A DNA stretch of 64,000 bases from Arcobacteraceae bacterium (GCA_048268245.1 JBLWVX010000010.1:9961-73960); one strand, 5' to 3'; shown: positions 51,214 to 61,307, numbered from the stretch's first letter. Notes: generated by a model from the letters alone, not told the origin. Numbers and translations are program-made.

Positions 51214-51894
51214 TTATGCTGTAGGTAAGTTAAATTTCTTTGTAGAAATAACACCTTCATCATCAAATGAAAGGTAGTATAAAACATCTTTTTTCACAGG
51301 TAATCCAGCTAAATATCTAATAGCTAAGTTTGCTTGTAGTGAACCTATGTGCATTACAATTGGACAAGCAATACCATTTGGTTTTCTATCATTTACTACA
51401 AATACTGCTTCATAAGAAGCTTTTTCAAAGAAACATACTTGTCCATGGAACTCTTCTACAGAACCATAAATCCAAGCTTGGTTATTTTGAATACAATACT
51501 CATTTATAGCTGCTCTACTTGGTAGGTTATCAGTTGCATCAATAATCAAGTCAAACTCTAAACCTCTTTTTGCAAACTCATCAAAAGATTCATTGTAAGA
51601 TGTAACTTTAGTATAAGGACATCTTGACTCAACTAACTCTTTTAAAACCTCACATTTTGGCTTTCCATCATCACCAACTTTAAAACCAATTTGTCTATGA
51701 ATATTGTGAACACCAACTTCATCAAAATCAACAAAAGCAAACTCACCAATACCAGAAGCACCTAAGGCAATACCTAAAGTACACCCTAATCCACCACTAC
51801 CAATGATAGCTACTTTTTTATTTTGTAATGAGTCTTGAGTTTCCTCACCCCATAGTTTTATCTGTCTGTTAAAAAATTCATGAATTTCACTCAT
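51214..51894 (-). CDS. ThiF/MoeB/HesA-family adenylyltransferase
   Basis: RQI, IGSGGLG, DFD.V..HNIHRQ, DATDN. Confidence 0.9.
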   Translation of the reverse strand: MSEIHEFFNRQIKLWGEETQDSLQNKKVAIIGSGGLGCTLGIALGASGIGEFAFVDFDEVGVHNIHRQIGFKVGDDGKPKCEVLKELVESRCPYTKVTSYNESFDEFAKRGLEFDLIIDATDNLPSRAAINEYCIQNNQAWIYGSVEEFHGQVCFFEKASYEAVFVVNDRKPNGIACPIVMHIGSLQANLAIRYLAGLPVKKDVLYYLSFDDEGVISTKKFNLPTA

Positions 51895-52204
51895 GCTTAA
51901 TCCTTAGTAAATAAGTAAAGTTTATAAAAATTATATTATGATGTAATGATAACACATTTAGATTAAATTTCTTTGACTTGAATCAATAATAATCTTGATA
52001 AATTCTATATACTTTTATTTATTTGTAATACTATTCAATTGGGTTATTATTATAAATTTTAGATATATCATAAATATCACTTCGATAACTTTTTCTAATT
52101 TATTTTCAAATTCACTATTACCATTTTCATTTACTCTATGTTTTAAATGAAATAAAGCTACATTTTTATTTATATCTTCTACATTATCTGTGTTTATTGA
52201 ATAG

Positions 52205-52310
52205 TTATAAAACTGCTAAATGTTCATAATCTTATAAGATTTTGGCTTCCTAGCTTTAGAAGTTTTTCCCTTGGTTTGTCTATATTTTCAAGTTTTTTTA
52301 TACTACTCAT
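52205..52310 (-). pseudogene. radC: radC (UPF0758) N-terminal remnant
   Basis: MSSIKKLENIDKPREKLLKLGSQNL, then after a frameshift DYEHLAVL and a stop; matches the RadC PREKL...ELLA start. Confidence 0.75.
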
Positions 52311-52323
52311 GACTATACCTTAT

Positions 52324-52352
52324 TTGACAAAAATATTTTACTATGTTATGAT
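52324..52352 (+). promoter_or_regulatory. Near-consensus sigma70 promoter pointing toward the 3' end of the deleted pemK
   Basis: TTGACA (52324) + 17 nt + TATGAT (52347) with extended -10 TG. Confidence 0.75.
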
Positions 52353-52357
52353 TTTTT

Positions 52358-52400
52358 ATAATTCGCCTACGGGCACACCCACTTTTTTAAGTGGGGCTAA
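52358..52400 (+). ncRNA. Putative small RNA convergent with the pemK remnant, copy 2
   Basis: ATAATTC-GCC(TACG)GGC-ACA-CCCACTT(TTTT)AAGTGGG; same two-hairpin layout as 7040-7085. Confidence 0.6.
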
Positions 52401-52500
52401 TTAAATCTTTAGACTTACTAATCACTATTTTAAAATCATTTGTATTTGTAGTTTTTTTGATGACATTCCAATCATCAAAAGTTTGCGTGAGTGTTTTCAT
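52387..52500 (-). pseudogene. Internally deleted PemK/MazF-family toxin (37 aa)
   Basis: GGAGG RBS; MKTLTQTFDDWNVIKKTTNTNDFKIVISKSKDLISPT joins equivalents of the N-terminus (YDKWNKVKK) and C-terminus (EDFKKLKVNLKELI) of the 6646 protein. Confidence 0.75.
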
Positions 52501-52561
52501 AAACTCCTCCTATATAGAAGAAGTTTATCTAAATTTTTATAATAATATTATAAGTTATATA

Positions 52562-52765
52562 TTAGTTTTTATTTTCAGTAGTGAAGATAAGTTTTGCTTC
52601 ATCTAAAAGCTTTTGAGCCTCATCTAGTTCTTTCATTCCATTTTTATATACATCTAGTGAATCACTTAGTGTGATTTCTGGATTTGAAAGTTTATCTAAA
52701 AGATTTTTTGCTTTTATTATTTTGTCTTCAAATACTAATTTTTCTTCTTTTATTTCTTCGCTCAT
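52562..52765 (-). CDS. xseB: Exodeoxyribonuclease VII small subunit
   Basis: FEDKI...LSDSLDVYKNGM...LDEAKL; follows metX. Confidence 0.88.
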   Translation of the reverse strand: MSEEIKEEKLVFEDKIIKAKNLLDKLSNPEITLSDSLDVYKNGMKELDEAQKLLDEAKLIFTTENKN

Positions 52766-52768
52766 TTA

Positions 52769-53875
52769 TTATTTTCCTTTTAAAATATCTCTTACATGGT
52801 CTTCAAACTTCTCAACCTCAACTAAGAATGAATCATGTCCAGATTGACTATCAACCATTTTATAAGTTACTTGATCTTGCTTTCCAAGTTTTATCATAAT
52901 ATCTCTTATCTCTTCCATCTCTTCAGGGAAGAAAAGCATATCATCTTTAAAAGATATAAGATGTAAATTACACTTTACTTTATCAAAAGAGTCTTCTAGT
53001 TTATCTTTATTTCTTCCTGCATCAAAAATATTCATTGTCTTACAGATATAAAGATATGATAGTGGGTCAAAAAACTTAGGAAAACTATATGAGTTATATT
53101 CTAAGTATCTCTCAACTTCAAATCTACCAAATAGTTCATATAAACCATCAGTTCTAGCATACTCTCTACCGAACTTAGTATTAAAAAGTTCTGGACTTAA
53201 ATATGCTATTAAACCTGCCATTCTTCCTATTGCTAAACCTGGTAAACCTTGTGCTTGTAAATCATCTGGGTCATAAAAACCATCTTTGAAAGCTGGGTCA
53301 TGTCTAATTGATTCTATTGCTATTTTATTTATGGCAATTGCCCAAGGTCTTGTATAAGCAGTAGTTGCCATAGCTATAACTGTATCTGTAAAATCAGGTT
53401 GTTCTATAGAATAACAAAGTGCTTGCATTCCACCCATAGAACCACCAATAACAGCTACAGCTTTTTTAATCCCAAGTCTATCATAAAGTCTCATTTGAGC
53501 TCTTACAACATCTGAAATAGTAAGTATAGGAAACTTAAATCTATACTCTTTTCCAGTTGAAGGATCAATACTTAGAGGGTTTGTAGACCCAAAAGTACTT
53601 CCTATGTTATTTGAACAAATAACAAAATATTTTGTAGTATCTATTACTTTACCATCACCTATAAACTTATCCCACCATCCAGGCTTTGCTTCATTTGCAT
53701 ATCTTCCTGCTGCATGATGTGATCCTGCTAGTGCATGACAAATTACAATAACATTTGATTTATCCTCATTTAGCTCTCCATAAGTCTCATATACCAACTC
53801 AAAAGACTCTAAAATCCTACCACTTTCTAAATGTAAAGGTTCATCAAATTTTTCAGTTTTAGTCTCTATTCTCAA
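52769..53875 (-). CDS. metX: Homoserine O-acetyltransferase
   Basis: CHALAG, GWWD, GGSMGGMQ, GHDSFL. Confidence 0.93.
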   Translation of the reverse strand: MRIETKTEKFDEPLHLESGRILESFELVYETYGELNEDKSNVIVICHALAGSHHAAGRYANEAKPGWWDKFIGDGKVIDTTKYFVICSNNIGSTFGSTNPLSIDPSTGKEYRFKFPILTISDVVRAQMRLYDRLGIKKAVAVIGGSMGGMQALCYSIEQPDFTDTVIAMATTAYTRPWAIAINKIAIESIRHDPAFKDGFYDPDDLQAQGLPGLAIGRMAGLIAYLSPELFNTKFGREYARTDGLYELFGRFEVERYLEYNSYSFPKFFDPLSYLYICKTMNIFDAGRNKDKLEDSFDKVKCNLHLISFKDDMLFFPEEMEEIRDIMIKLGKQDQVTYKMVDSQSGHDSFLVEVEKFEDHVRDILKGK

Positions 53876-53963
53876 ATTCTATCCATCTTCTTTAATATAC
53901 TTTATATTTTAATCCTATTTATATTAGCAAAAATAATATAAGAATTTGTTTTAGCTACTCACT

Positions 53964-54416
53964 TTAGTAAGCCTTCTTTAGCTCTTCGTAGTCTACTTTC
54001 ATCAAAGATTGCCATGTTTTATTTGGACTCCATAGTTCAAACATAGATAAATCTATATCATCAAATGGTGTTTGAAGTATATACTTATGATATACATACA
54101 TAAAAGCACTAACTCTATAGTTTTTAGCACAATGAACTAAAACCTTATTTGCTCCTAATGACTGTAAAACATTAATAAATAACTTTAAGTCACTAAGCTT
54201 TGGCTCTTCAAAATTAACTGGCAAATGAATATATGACATTCCCAAATCACTTACTATTTTATCTTCGTTTTCTAAAGCATCAGAAGAATCACATAAAGCT
54301 AGATTTACTATTACTTCAAACTCTTCTTCTTTTAACTTTTCTAATTGCTCTTGCGTTGGTTGTCCACTTGTATGTATTAGTTCATTTATTTTTATATAAT
54401 TTAAAATCTCTTCCAT
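53964..54416 (-). CDS. Protein-tyrosine-phosphatase-like (DUF442-type) protein
   Basis: TSGQP, YIHLPV, HCAKNYR CX5R-like loop. Confidence 0.85.
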   Translation of the reverse strand: MEEILNYIKINELIHTSGQPTQEQLEKLKEEEFEVIVNLALCDSSDALENEDKIVSDLGMSYIHLPVNFEEPKLSDLKLFINVLQSLGANKVLVHCAKNYRVSAFMYVYHKYILQTPFDDIDLSMFELWSPNKTWQSLMKVDYEELKKAY

Positions 54417-55423
54417 TATAAGAACTCCTTTGCTACCTCATCAACTTGTTTTAAATATTCTTCTTTTAACTCATCACTTATAAAAGCACTATTAAAAGAG
54501 TTTTTTACAAGCTTTACAATATCTTCTTTACTTAAAGGTAAGTTATCACATAGATTATAAAAGTTTTGATTCATATAACCTTTAAAATAAGCTGGGTCAT
54601 CTGAGTTTACTGTAATATTAAGTCCATAATCTAAAAGCTCTTTTATATTGTGTTGTTTATAGTTTTCAAATACTTTTAGTTCTATATTTGAGTTTGGGCA
54701 AACAGTAAGAGGTATTTGCTCATCTTTTAATCTTTTCATTAAAGCTTCACTATTTATAGCTTGAACTCCATGGTCTATTCTTTCTATTTGCAATAAATCA
54801 AGAGCATCTTCTATATAAGATACATCACCCTCTTCTCCTGCATGAGCAACAAGTCTAAAGCCTTCCTCTTTTGCTTTTATGAAAACCTCTTCAAATTTTT
54901 TTGGAGGATTTCCAAGCTCTGATGAATCAAGACCTACACCTATAATAATGTCTTTATACTCCAATGATTGCTGTAAAGTTTCAAAAGCCTCTTCTTGTGA
55001 TAAATGTCTTAAAAAACACATGATTATATCAGATGTAATACCAAACTGTTTTTTAGCCTCATCTAAAGCCTCTTTTATTCCAGTTATTATAGTATCAAAA
55101 GCTATTCCTCCTTGAGTATGAGTTTGTGGGTCAAAAAATATTTCTGTATGGATTATATTATCTTCTTTACATTTTAATATATATGCCCAAGTCATATCAT
55201 AAAAATCTTGTTTTGTTATAAGTACATTTGCACCTGCATAATAAATATCTAAAAAACTTTGTAAATTTGTGAAATTATATGCAGCTTTTACTTCTTCTAT
55301 ACTCTCATATGGTATTTTAATATTATTTCTTTTTGCTAACTCAAACATAAGTTCAGGTTCTAGTGAACCTTCAATATGTAGATGAAGTTCTGCTTTTGGT
55401 AAAGCTTTAATTAAATCTTTCAA
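54416..55423 (-). CDS. Adenine/adenosine deaminase
   Basis: PKAELHLHIEG, AHAGE, RIDHG, NSDDPAYF. Confidence 0.93.
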   Translation of the reverse strand: MKDLIKALPKAELHLHIEGSLEPELMFELAKRNNIKIPYESIEEVKAAYNFTNLQSFLDIYYAGANVLITKQDFYDMTWAYILKCKEDNIIHTEIFFDPQTHTQGGIAFDTIITGIKEALDEAKKQFGITSDIIMCFLRHLSQEEAFETLQQSLEYKDIIIGVGLDSSELGNPPKKFEEVFIKAKEEGFRLVAHAGEEGDVSYIEDALDLLQIERIDHGVQAINSEALMKRLKDEQIPLTVCPNSNIELKVFENYKQHNIKELLDYGLNITVNSDDPAYFKGYMNQNFYNLCDNLPLSKEDIVKLVKNSFNSAFISDELKEEYLKQVDEVAKEFL

Positions 55424-55431
55424 TTGTTTTC

Positions 55432-56013
55432 CTATTTTATTTTCCAGTCAAATTCCATTTGTTTGGCTGTTTTATTTGCTAATTTTTTATTTTTTATTTT
55501 ACTTACTAAATATAAACTCATATCAATTCCAGCACTAATACCAGCTGATGTGATAATATTGTCTTGTTCTACCCATCTAGTATTTTCTACTACTTCAAGT
55601 TTTGGGAACTGTTTTCTTAAATCTTTTATATCTTCATGATGTGTTGTAACTTTTTGTTTCTTTAAAACTTTTGCTTTAGCGAGTAAAAAAGCACCTGTAC
55701 AAACAGAAGCTATATGCTTACAATCTTTTGCTTTATTTTTTATCCAAGTTATTACTTCTTTCTTTTCAAGCTCTTTATTATGCACTCCACCTGCAACTAT
55801 TAAAACATCTAAAGCAGGAGCATCTGCAAAACAGTAGTGTGGAAATATATTAAAACCACCTCTTGCCTTTACTGCTTTATTGTCTTGCGCTATTAAATAA
55901 ACATTGAATTTTTCTTTTTCATCCAGAAATCTTGATGCTGTTGAAAAAACTTCAAAAGGTCCACTAAAGTCTAAAACCTCTGCATTCTCATAAATATATA
56001 TTCCTATATTCAT
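55432..56013 (-). CDS. DJ-1/PfpI family protein
   Basis: LDFSGPFEVF, SVCTGA, TSAGISAGID. Confidence 0.92.
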   Translation of the reverse strand: MNIGIYIYENAEVLDFSGPFEVFSTASRFLDEKEKFNVYLIAQDNKAVKARGGFNIFPHYCFADAPALDVLIVAGGVHNKELEKKEVITWIKNKAKDCKHIASVCTGAFLLAKAKVLKKQKVTTHHEDIKDLRKQFPKLEVVENTRWVEQDNIITSAGISAGIDMSLYLVSKIKNKKLANKTAKQMEFDWKIK

Positions 56014-56123
56014 AGTTTTCCTTTTTTGATTTTTCGGAAGTATAACTAAAGATAAATAAACTTTCTTAATAAACTTTTATTCTCATATGTTACAATACAA
56101 AAAAAATTTGAAGGTTTTATTTT

Positions 56124-57158
56124 ATGAATATGATTATGGCAAACTCAAAAGAAGCAAAAGAGGCTTATGTTTTAGTTAGAACTTTACAAGAAAGATTTGC
56201 GAATAAATTAAATGATTTAAGTAAAAAATATGGTGAAAACAAAAAGTTTGAAGAGGTTTTATGGCTAAGAGATGAAGGAACTCACGGTGGAGGAAGTAGA
56301 TTTGAAGCAAGAGATGAAACTTTATTTAATACTGCTAGCATAAATGTATCTCAGGTTCACTATGATGATATGGAAGATAAAAAATTACAAAGTGCAACAG
56401 CTATTTCAACTATCATACATCCAAATAATCCAACACTTCCATCAATACATATACATATATCACTTACATGTTTAAGAGATGGTCACTCATATTGGAGAGT
56501 AATGGCTGATTTAAATCCAAGTATTGAAAATAAAGATGATAAACAAAAATTTGAAGCAGCATTGAAAGAACTTTCAGAAGAGAAATATGAAGAAGGTGTA
56601 AAACAAGGAGAAAAATATTTCTTTATTCCAGCACTTGATAGACATAGAGGAGTTAGTCATTTTTATTTAGAAAACTACAAAACTGAAGATAAAAAAGCTG
56701 ATTACGACTTTGCTATGAGTTTTGGTCAAGGTGTGATAGATACTTATGCACAAATACTAGATGATGCAATAAAACAAAGAGAGCTATTTAGTGTTCATGA
56801 TATAAAACAACAATTAGATTATCACACATTATACTTATTTCAAGTTCTAACGCTTGATAGAGGAACTACATCTGGACTTTTAGTACACAATCAAAATGAT
56901 GCAGGAATTATGGGATCACTTCCTAAATTTATAAACAAAAAACTATTAGATTCATGGAAAGACAAAGTTCCAGCAATTCAAAAGCCTTTAGTTGAGGCTT
57001 TAGTATCTTGTATAAATGACAAAGGTTTAGTTGATATTGATACAAAACTACACTTAGCCAATAAAGTTAGAGAATTTTATAAAAACAATCAAGAAGCTTT
57101 AATCCACCAAGCAAGTGGGAATACAATTCCAAGTACTGTACAAAACCATAATAGGTAA
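56124..57158 (+). CDS. hemF: Oxygen-dependent coproporphyrinogen III oxidase
   Basis: HGGG, IHPNNP..PSIH, ADLNP, YFFIP...HRG, DRGT..GL, SLP. Confidence 0.85.
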   Translation: MNMIMANSKEAKEAYVLVRTLQERFANKLNDLSKKYGENKKFEEVLWLRDEGTHGGGSRFEARDETLFNTASINVSQVHYDDMEDKKLQSATAISTIIHPNNPTLPSIHIHISLTCLRDGHSYWRVMADLNPSIENKDDKQKFEAALKELSEEKYEEGVKQGEKYFFIPALDRHRGVSHFYLENYKTEDKKADYDFAMSFGQGVIDTYAQILDDAIKQRELFSVHDIKQQLDYHTLYLFQVLTLDRGTTSGLLVHNQNDAGIMGSLPKFINKKLLDSWKDKVPAIQKPLVEALVSCINDKGLVDIDTKLHLANKVREFYKNNQEALIHQASGNTIPSTVQNHNR

Positions 57159-57230
57159 AAAATTTGTTTTAGGTGCATGTTATTTTTTTTAGATACCATG
57201 TTTGAAATATTAAATAAAGGAGAAGTCAAT

Positions 57231-57650
57231 ATGGCTATACAAGAAAATCAAGTAGTAACAATGAATTACGAATTAAAAGTAAATGGAGAGGTAGTTGATA
57301 GCAATATTGGTAAAGATCCTTTAGAATTCACTTTTGGAATTGGTCAATTAATCCCTGGTTTAGAATCAAGAATTACTGAAATGAACGAAGGTGATTCAAA
57401 AGAAGTTACAGTTCCAGCAGCAGAAGCTTATGGTGAGTATAATGCTGAAGCAAAACAAGCCTTACCAAAAGAACAATTTGGAGATATGCAACTAGAAGTT
57501 GGTATGCCATTACAAGGTCAAGGTGAAAATGGTCAACCAATTCAAGTTGTAGTTGATGAAATCAGAGATAATGAAATCGTAGTTGATTTTAACCATCCTT
57601 TAGCAGGACAAGAATTAAACTTCTCTATTACTATTAATACAATTATCTAA
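57231..57650 (+). CDS. slyD: FKBP-type peptidyl-prolyl isomerase SlyD-like
   Basis: AGGAG RBS before ATG 57231; GQLIPGLE, EAYG, DFNHPLAG. Confidence 0.9.
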   Translation: MAIQENQVVTMNYELKVNGEVVDSNIGKDPLEFTFGIGQLIPGLESRITEMNEGDSKEVTVPAAEAYGEYNAEAKQALPKEQFGDMQLEVGMPLQGQGENGQPIQVVVDEIRDNEIVVDFNHPLAGQELNFSITINTII

Positions 57651-57654
57651 TTTT

Positions 57655-57681
57655 AAAACCCCAACTTTTCTTTGGGGTTTT
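57655..57681 (+). terminator. Intrinsic terminator
   Basis: AAAACCCCAA-N7-TTGGGGTTTT directly after the stop. Confidence 0.75.
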
Positions 57682-57800
57682 ACTTTTCTACACTCTTACA
57701 AAACAAATAATACAATCTTATTTACTTTTACTTACTTATAATATTTATTACTATAACTTATTTATAAACATTTGGCTATAATTCCCAAAAAAGGAAATGC

Positions 57801-58070
57801 ATGAGTAATATAAAAAAATTAGATGAACTATTAAAAACTGATGTACTAGTAGAAATAAAAGAAACTATAACTGAGTTAGAAACAAATATAAAAACTGCTA
57901 GTAAAAAAGATGCAAAAGTTTTAAAAGAGGAATTAGAGTATATCAATCAAGTAAAACAGTACTTTGATGATGTTGTTTTAGATTTAGAAAATAATAATCT
58001 AACAGAAGAACAAGCTCTTGATATTTTAGATGGACTTGAAGACATGAGAGTAGAAAACCAAGAGGTTTAA
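57801..58070 (+). CDS. Hypothetical acidic helical protein
   Basis: AAGGA RBS; 1-bp gap to the next gene. Confidence 0.75.
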   Translation: MSNIKKLDELLKTDVLVEIKETITELETNIKTASKKDAKVLKEELEYINQVKQYFDDVVLDLENNNLTEEQALDILDGLEDMRVENQEV

Positions 58071-58071
58071 T

Positions 58072-59148
58072 ATGGATTTAGAAGTATACGAAATAATAAA
58101 TATACTAGGTTTAGTAATAGGTTTAGCTTTTGGGGCAATTGCACAAAAAAAACAGTTTTGTTTTAGTGGTTCAATTAAAGATTATATGCTGACAAAATCA
58201 ACAAAAAGAGGCTCATCTGTAATCATGGCTATGATAGTAGCTATTATATCAACTACTATAGTTGCTAGTTACTTTGAAATTGATTTAACAGAGTCAAACT
58301 ATTACAGAGAGAATATAAACTACTTTTCTATTATAATAGGTGGAGCTTTATTTGGTGCTGGTATGATGATAGCTGATGGTTGTGGAAACAGACAACTTAT
58401 AAAGTTTGCACAAGGTGACCCAAATGCACTTATTACATTAGTATTTATAGGTATTTTTGCTTTTGCTACTGCAAATGGTCTTCTAAATAATATATTTTCA
58501 CCTATTACTAGAAATGAAACTTTACTTCAATGGTCTGCAATAATTGGAAACGTAACTATGAACATATACTTTGTAGTTGGTGTTTTAGTTTTAATTCTTG
58601 CATTTATAATCAAAAAAACTAAAAGACTTATAAGTTTAGTAGATGGTGTTTTAATTGGACTTTTAATCTCTGCTTCATGGTATGTAACAGGAGTTATGGG
58701 TGAAGAGAGTATTGAAAGAATGATTGAGTTAAATGGTATTACATTTATCTATCCAACTGCTAAAACTTTTGAGTTATTTAGCTTCTATCAAGTAAATGTT
58801 CTTACTTTTAGTATTGCTGTTGTAATTGGTGTTGTTTTAGGAGCATTTGCTATGTCTAAACTAAATAGACAATATAGCTTTGGATGTACTGCAAACCAAA
58901 ATATAAATAGATCAAAATACAATATGTTTGGTGGAGCGCTTATGGGTACTGGTGGTGTTCTATGTATTGGATGTACTGTGGGTCAAGGTCTTACTGGACT
59001 TTCTACTTTAGCATTAGCTTCTGCTGTTGCTATTATTTCTATTTTTATAAGTGCAGTTTTTACAGCTAAGTACTTAAATAAAAGAGATAAACTACCTATG
59101 TGTTTCATCTTTGACTGGAATGACAATACACCTGATTATCAAATCTAA
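58072..59148 (+). CDS. YeeE/YedE-family sulfur-compound transporter
   Basis: QFCF, GGALFGAGM..ADGC, GGALMG.GG...IGC..GQG. Confidence 0.9.
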   Translation: MDLEVYEIINILGLVIGLAFGAIAQKKQFCFSGSIKDYMLTKSTKRGSSVIMAMIVAIISTTIVASYFEIDLTESNYYRENINYFSIIIGGALFGAGMMIADGCGNRQLIKFAQGDPNALITLVFIGIFAFATANGLLNNIFSPITRNETLLQWSAIIGNVTMNIYFVVGVLVLILAFIIKKTKRLISLVDGVLIGLLISASWYVTGVMGEESIERMIELNGITFIYPTAKTFELFSFYQVNVLTFSIAVVIGVVLGAFAMSKLNRQYSFGCTANQNINRSKYNMFGGALMGTGGVLCIGCTVGQGLTGLSTLALASAVAIISIFISAVFTAKYLNKRDKLPMCFIFDWNDNTPDYQI

Positions 59149-59498
59149 AACTTAATATTTGGGTTTTTCCCAAGTATTAATAAAACTGCTTTTCTTATTT
59201 GCTTTATTATTGGATAAACAATCTTTTTAAAAAGCCAAGTGTCAACTAAAAAAAGTTTTTTATCACTTATTTTATCTAGAAAAATAACAGCTTTACTTCC
59301 TTGTAAAATCTCTTTTTCATCTATATAAATTATAAAACCTTCATTTATATCAAAGCCTTTTTCATTAAAAAGCATAATATCACTTTTATATTCTCTAGCG
59401 TTTAAAATAGTAACTTCATGGTTTTGTTTTAGTTTTAAAATTTGAGCATATTTTTTACAGAATGGACACTCTTTGTCATAATATAGTTTTATTTTCAT
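59145..59498 (-). CDS. DCC1-like thiol-disulfide oxidoreductase family protein
   Basis: YYDKECPFC motif. Confidence 0.85.
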   Translation of the reverse strand: MKIKLYYDKECPFCKKYAQILKLKQNHEVTILNAREYKSDIMLFNEKGFDINEGFIIYIDEKEILQGSKAVIFLDKISDKKLFLVDTWLFKKIVYPIIKQIRKAVLLILGKNPNIKF

Positions 59499-59538
59499 TT
59501 CACGCCTTGCTTTTATTATCTATTATATACCATAAATA

Positions 59539-60069
59539 TTGTATACTTCATATAATTTAAACAAAGGAAACTATTTGAATATAGATATGACTAAAGTTGC
59601 AAATGTAATTTTATATATGTTACATAAACAAGTAAAACATCTAAATGACAAAAAACTATCAATAATGCTTTTTTTAATGGATTTTAACCATTCAAAACAT
59701 TGTGGGAGTAAAATCTTCAATGAAGAATATATAAAAGCAGCTAGAAATCCAGAACCTACAGTTTTAAGTGAACTATTTGACATAATTGCAAATGAAGAAG
59801 ACTTAGACGAGGAAGACCCAAGACTATTTTTAATTCAAGAATTATTAGACTACTTAGATATTGAAGTAAAAGCAAATGACAAATTTATTGAATTAAAATT
59901 TATCAAAATGGAAGAAGATTTTGATGAAGAACTATTCGAAAAAGAAGAATTAACTACAATTCATAAAGTTGTAGAGAAATATCTAGAAACTTCTCCAAGA
60001 AATACAGCAAATGAATGCTTTAAAATTGAAGAAGTAAGAGCTACTCCTAAAGGTGAAGTTATACTTTAA
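59539..60069 (+). CDS. DUF4065/SocA (Panacea)-like antitoxin-domain protein (start possibly ATG 59588)
   Basis: KVANVILY...KKLSIMLFLMDFNH...IFNEEY....RNPEP resembles the KLxKLLY..D...GPV pattern. Confidence 0.6.
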   Translation: MYTSYNLNKGNYLNIDMTKVANVILYMLHKQVKHLNDKKLSIMLFLMDFNHSKHCGSKIFNEEYIKAARNPEPTVLSELFDIIANEEDLDEEDPRLFLIQELLDYLDIEVKANDKFIELKFIKMEEDFDEELFEKEELTTIHKVVEKYLETSPRNTANECFKIEEVRATPKGEVIL

Positions 60070-61004
60070 AAATGCTCTTTAAAATTCAAAATATCATCAT
60101 AAGTTAGATTTAAATTCTGCTTTTGATTTTTTTGCAAGATAGGGTTTAGTAAAGCACCCTGCTCTTGTATATGTGGAATACCAACTAAATGGGCTATTTC
60201 ATGGGCTAAAATAGCTTTTAACTCACTTAAACTTTCGAAACCATAAATCTCTATTTTATTCATGCTATTTGTTACAGTTTTTTCTTTTATAGTTACACCA
60301 TCTTTCACATAAGTTTTTAAAACTATTTGTTTTTCTCCTATTGCTTGTCCTTTTACTTTTTTAAATCCCCTATTTAAAGACTCTATTTCATTTGCAAGAT
60401 TATGATAATTTTGAGTATGTGTATTGTACAAATGAACTTTATTATTAAAACTATTTACTAATCTTTTTAAAGCACTTTGTTCAGACTTCAATTCTTTTAG
60501 CTTTTGGTTTATAATTAGTTTTTTGGCTTTAACATAAGTTTGTATTTTTTCATACTCTTCCTTAGATACATTTCTTCTTTGATTTATCTTATTTATGTAT
60601 TGATTTAACTCTTCTGTTTTTTCATTTACTTGATTTTCTAGAGCTTTATAGATTTTAGTTCTTTTATTAATCTGAGTTTTTTTTAAATCAAACTCCTCTT
60701 GGTAACTTTGAATTTTTTGCTTTTTTCTTTCAAATCTATCAATGGCTCTGTTTATTCTTCTTTCCATACTTGATGGTTTTACATAAAGAATATCTATAGG
60801 TTTTCCCATTGAAGAGTAATCAAATACATCAAAACCAAGTTTTGACTCAAAATGTTCTTCTATTTCATCTAAGATAATTTTTAGTTGTCTTTCATTTATC
60901 TTATCTTCATAATATCTGTCTATCTTTCCAATTCTTACTTCTTGAAAACCTGCATATAAAGATGATACTAAAAATAGTGTTGTGTATAATGTCTTTTTAA
61001 TCAT
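60066..61004 (-). CDS. Secreted matrixin-family metalloprotease with coiled-coil insert
   Basis: Signal peptide; HEIAHLVGIPH zinc motif. Confidence 0.88.
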   Translation of the reverse strand: MIKKTLYTTLFLVSSLYAGFQEVRIGKIDRYYEDKINERQLKIILDEIEEHFESKLGFDVFDYSSMGKPIDILYVKPSSMERRINRAIDRFERKKQKIQSYQEEFDLKKTQINKRTKIYKALENQVNEKTEELNQYINKINQRRNVSKEEYEKIQTYVKAKKLIINQKLKELKSEQSALKRLVNSFNNKVHLYNTHTQNYHNLANEIESLNRGFKKVKGQAIGEKQIVLKTYVKDGVTIKEKTVTNSMNKIEIYGFESLSELKAILAHEIAHLVGIPHIQEQGALLNPILQKNQKQNLNLTYDDILNFKEHF

Positions 61005-61028
61005 AAAAGCATTTTATACTAAAAATAT

Positions 61029-61307
61029 TTAGACACTATTTAGTATAAAAACTAATGCACTTAAAATCAGTAAACTTCCCATACTCATATTAAAAGCTTT
61101 TGCTTTAAATGCTGTATCAAAAAATATACTTGCCCAATGACCTAAAACTCCCCACAAACTTAAACATAAATAGCAAGTGATGAAATACATTACAACAAAA
61201 ATAATAAGTGTTATTTGCGAGTTTACAAACATAGAAACACCAGCTAAACAAGCTACCCATGCTTTTGGTTTTAGCCATTGTAATAAAAAGCCTTCATAAA
61301 ACTTCAA
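61029..61307 (-). pseudogene. C-terminal fragment of a LysE-family exporter
   Basis: FYEGFLLQWLKPKAW...FNMSMG.LL; N-terminal half missing. Confidence 0.75.

Noticed and set aside
52391..52606. 71-aa plus-strand ORF
   Set aside because: No RBS; it starts inside the hairpin and is antisense to the pemK remnant and xseB.
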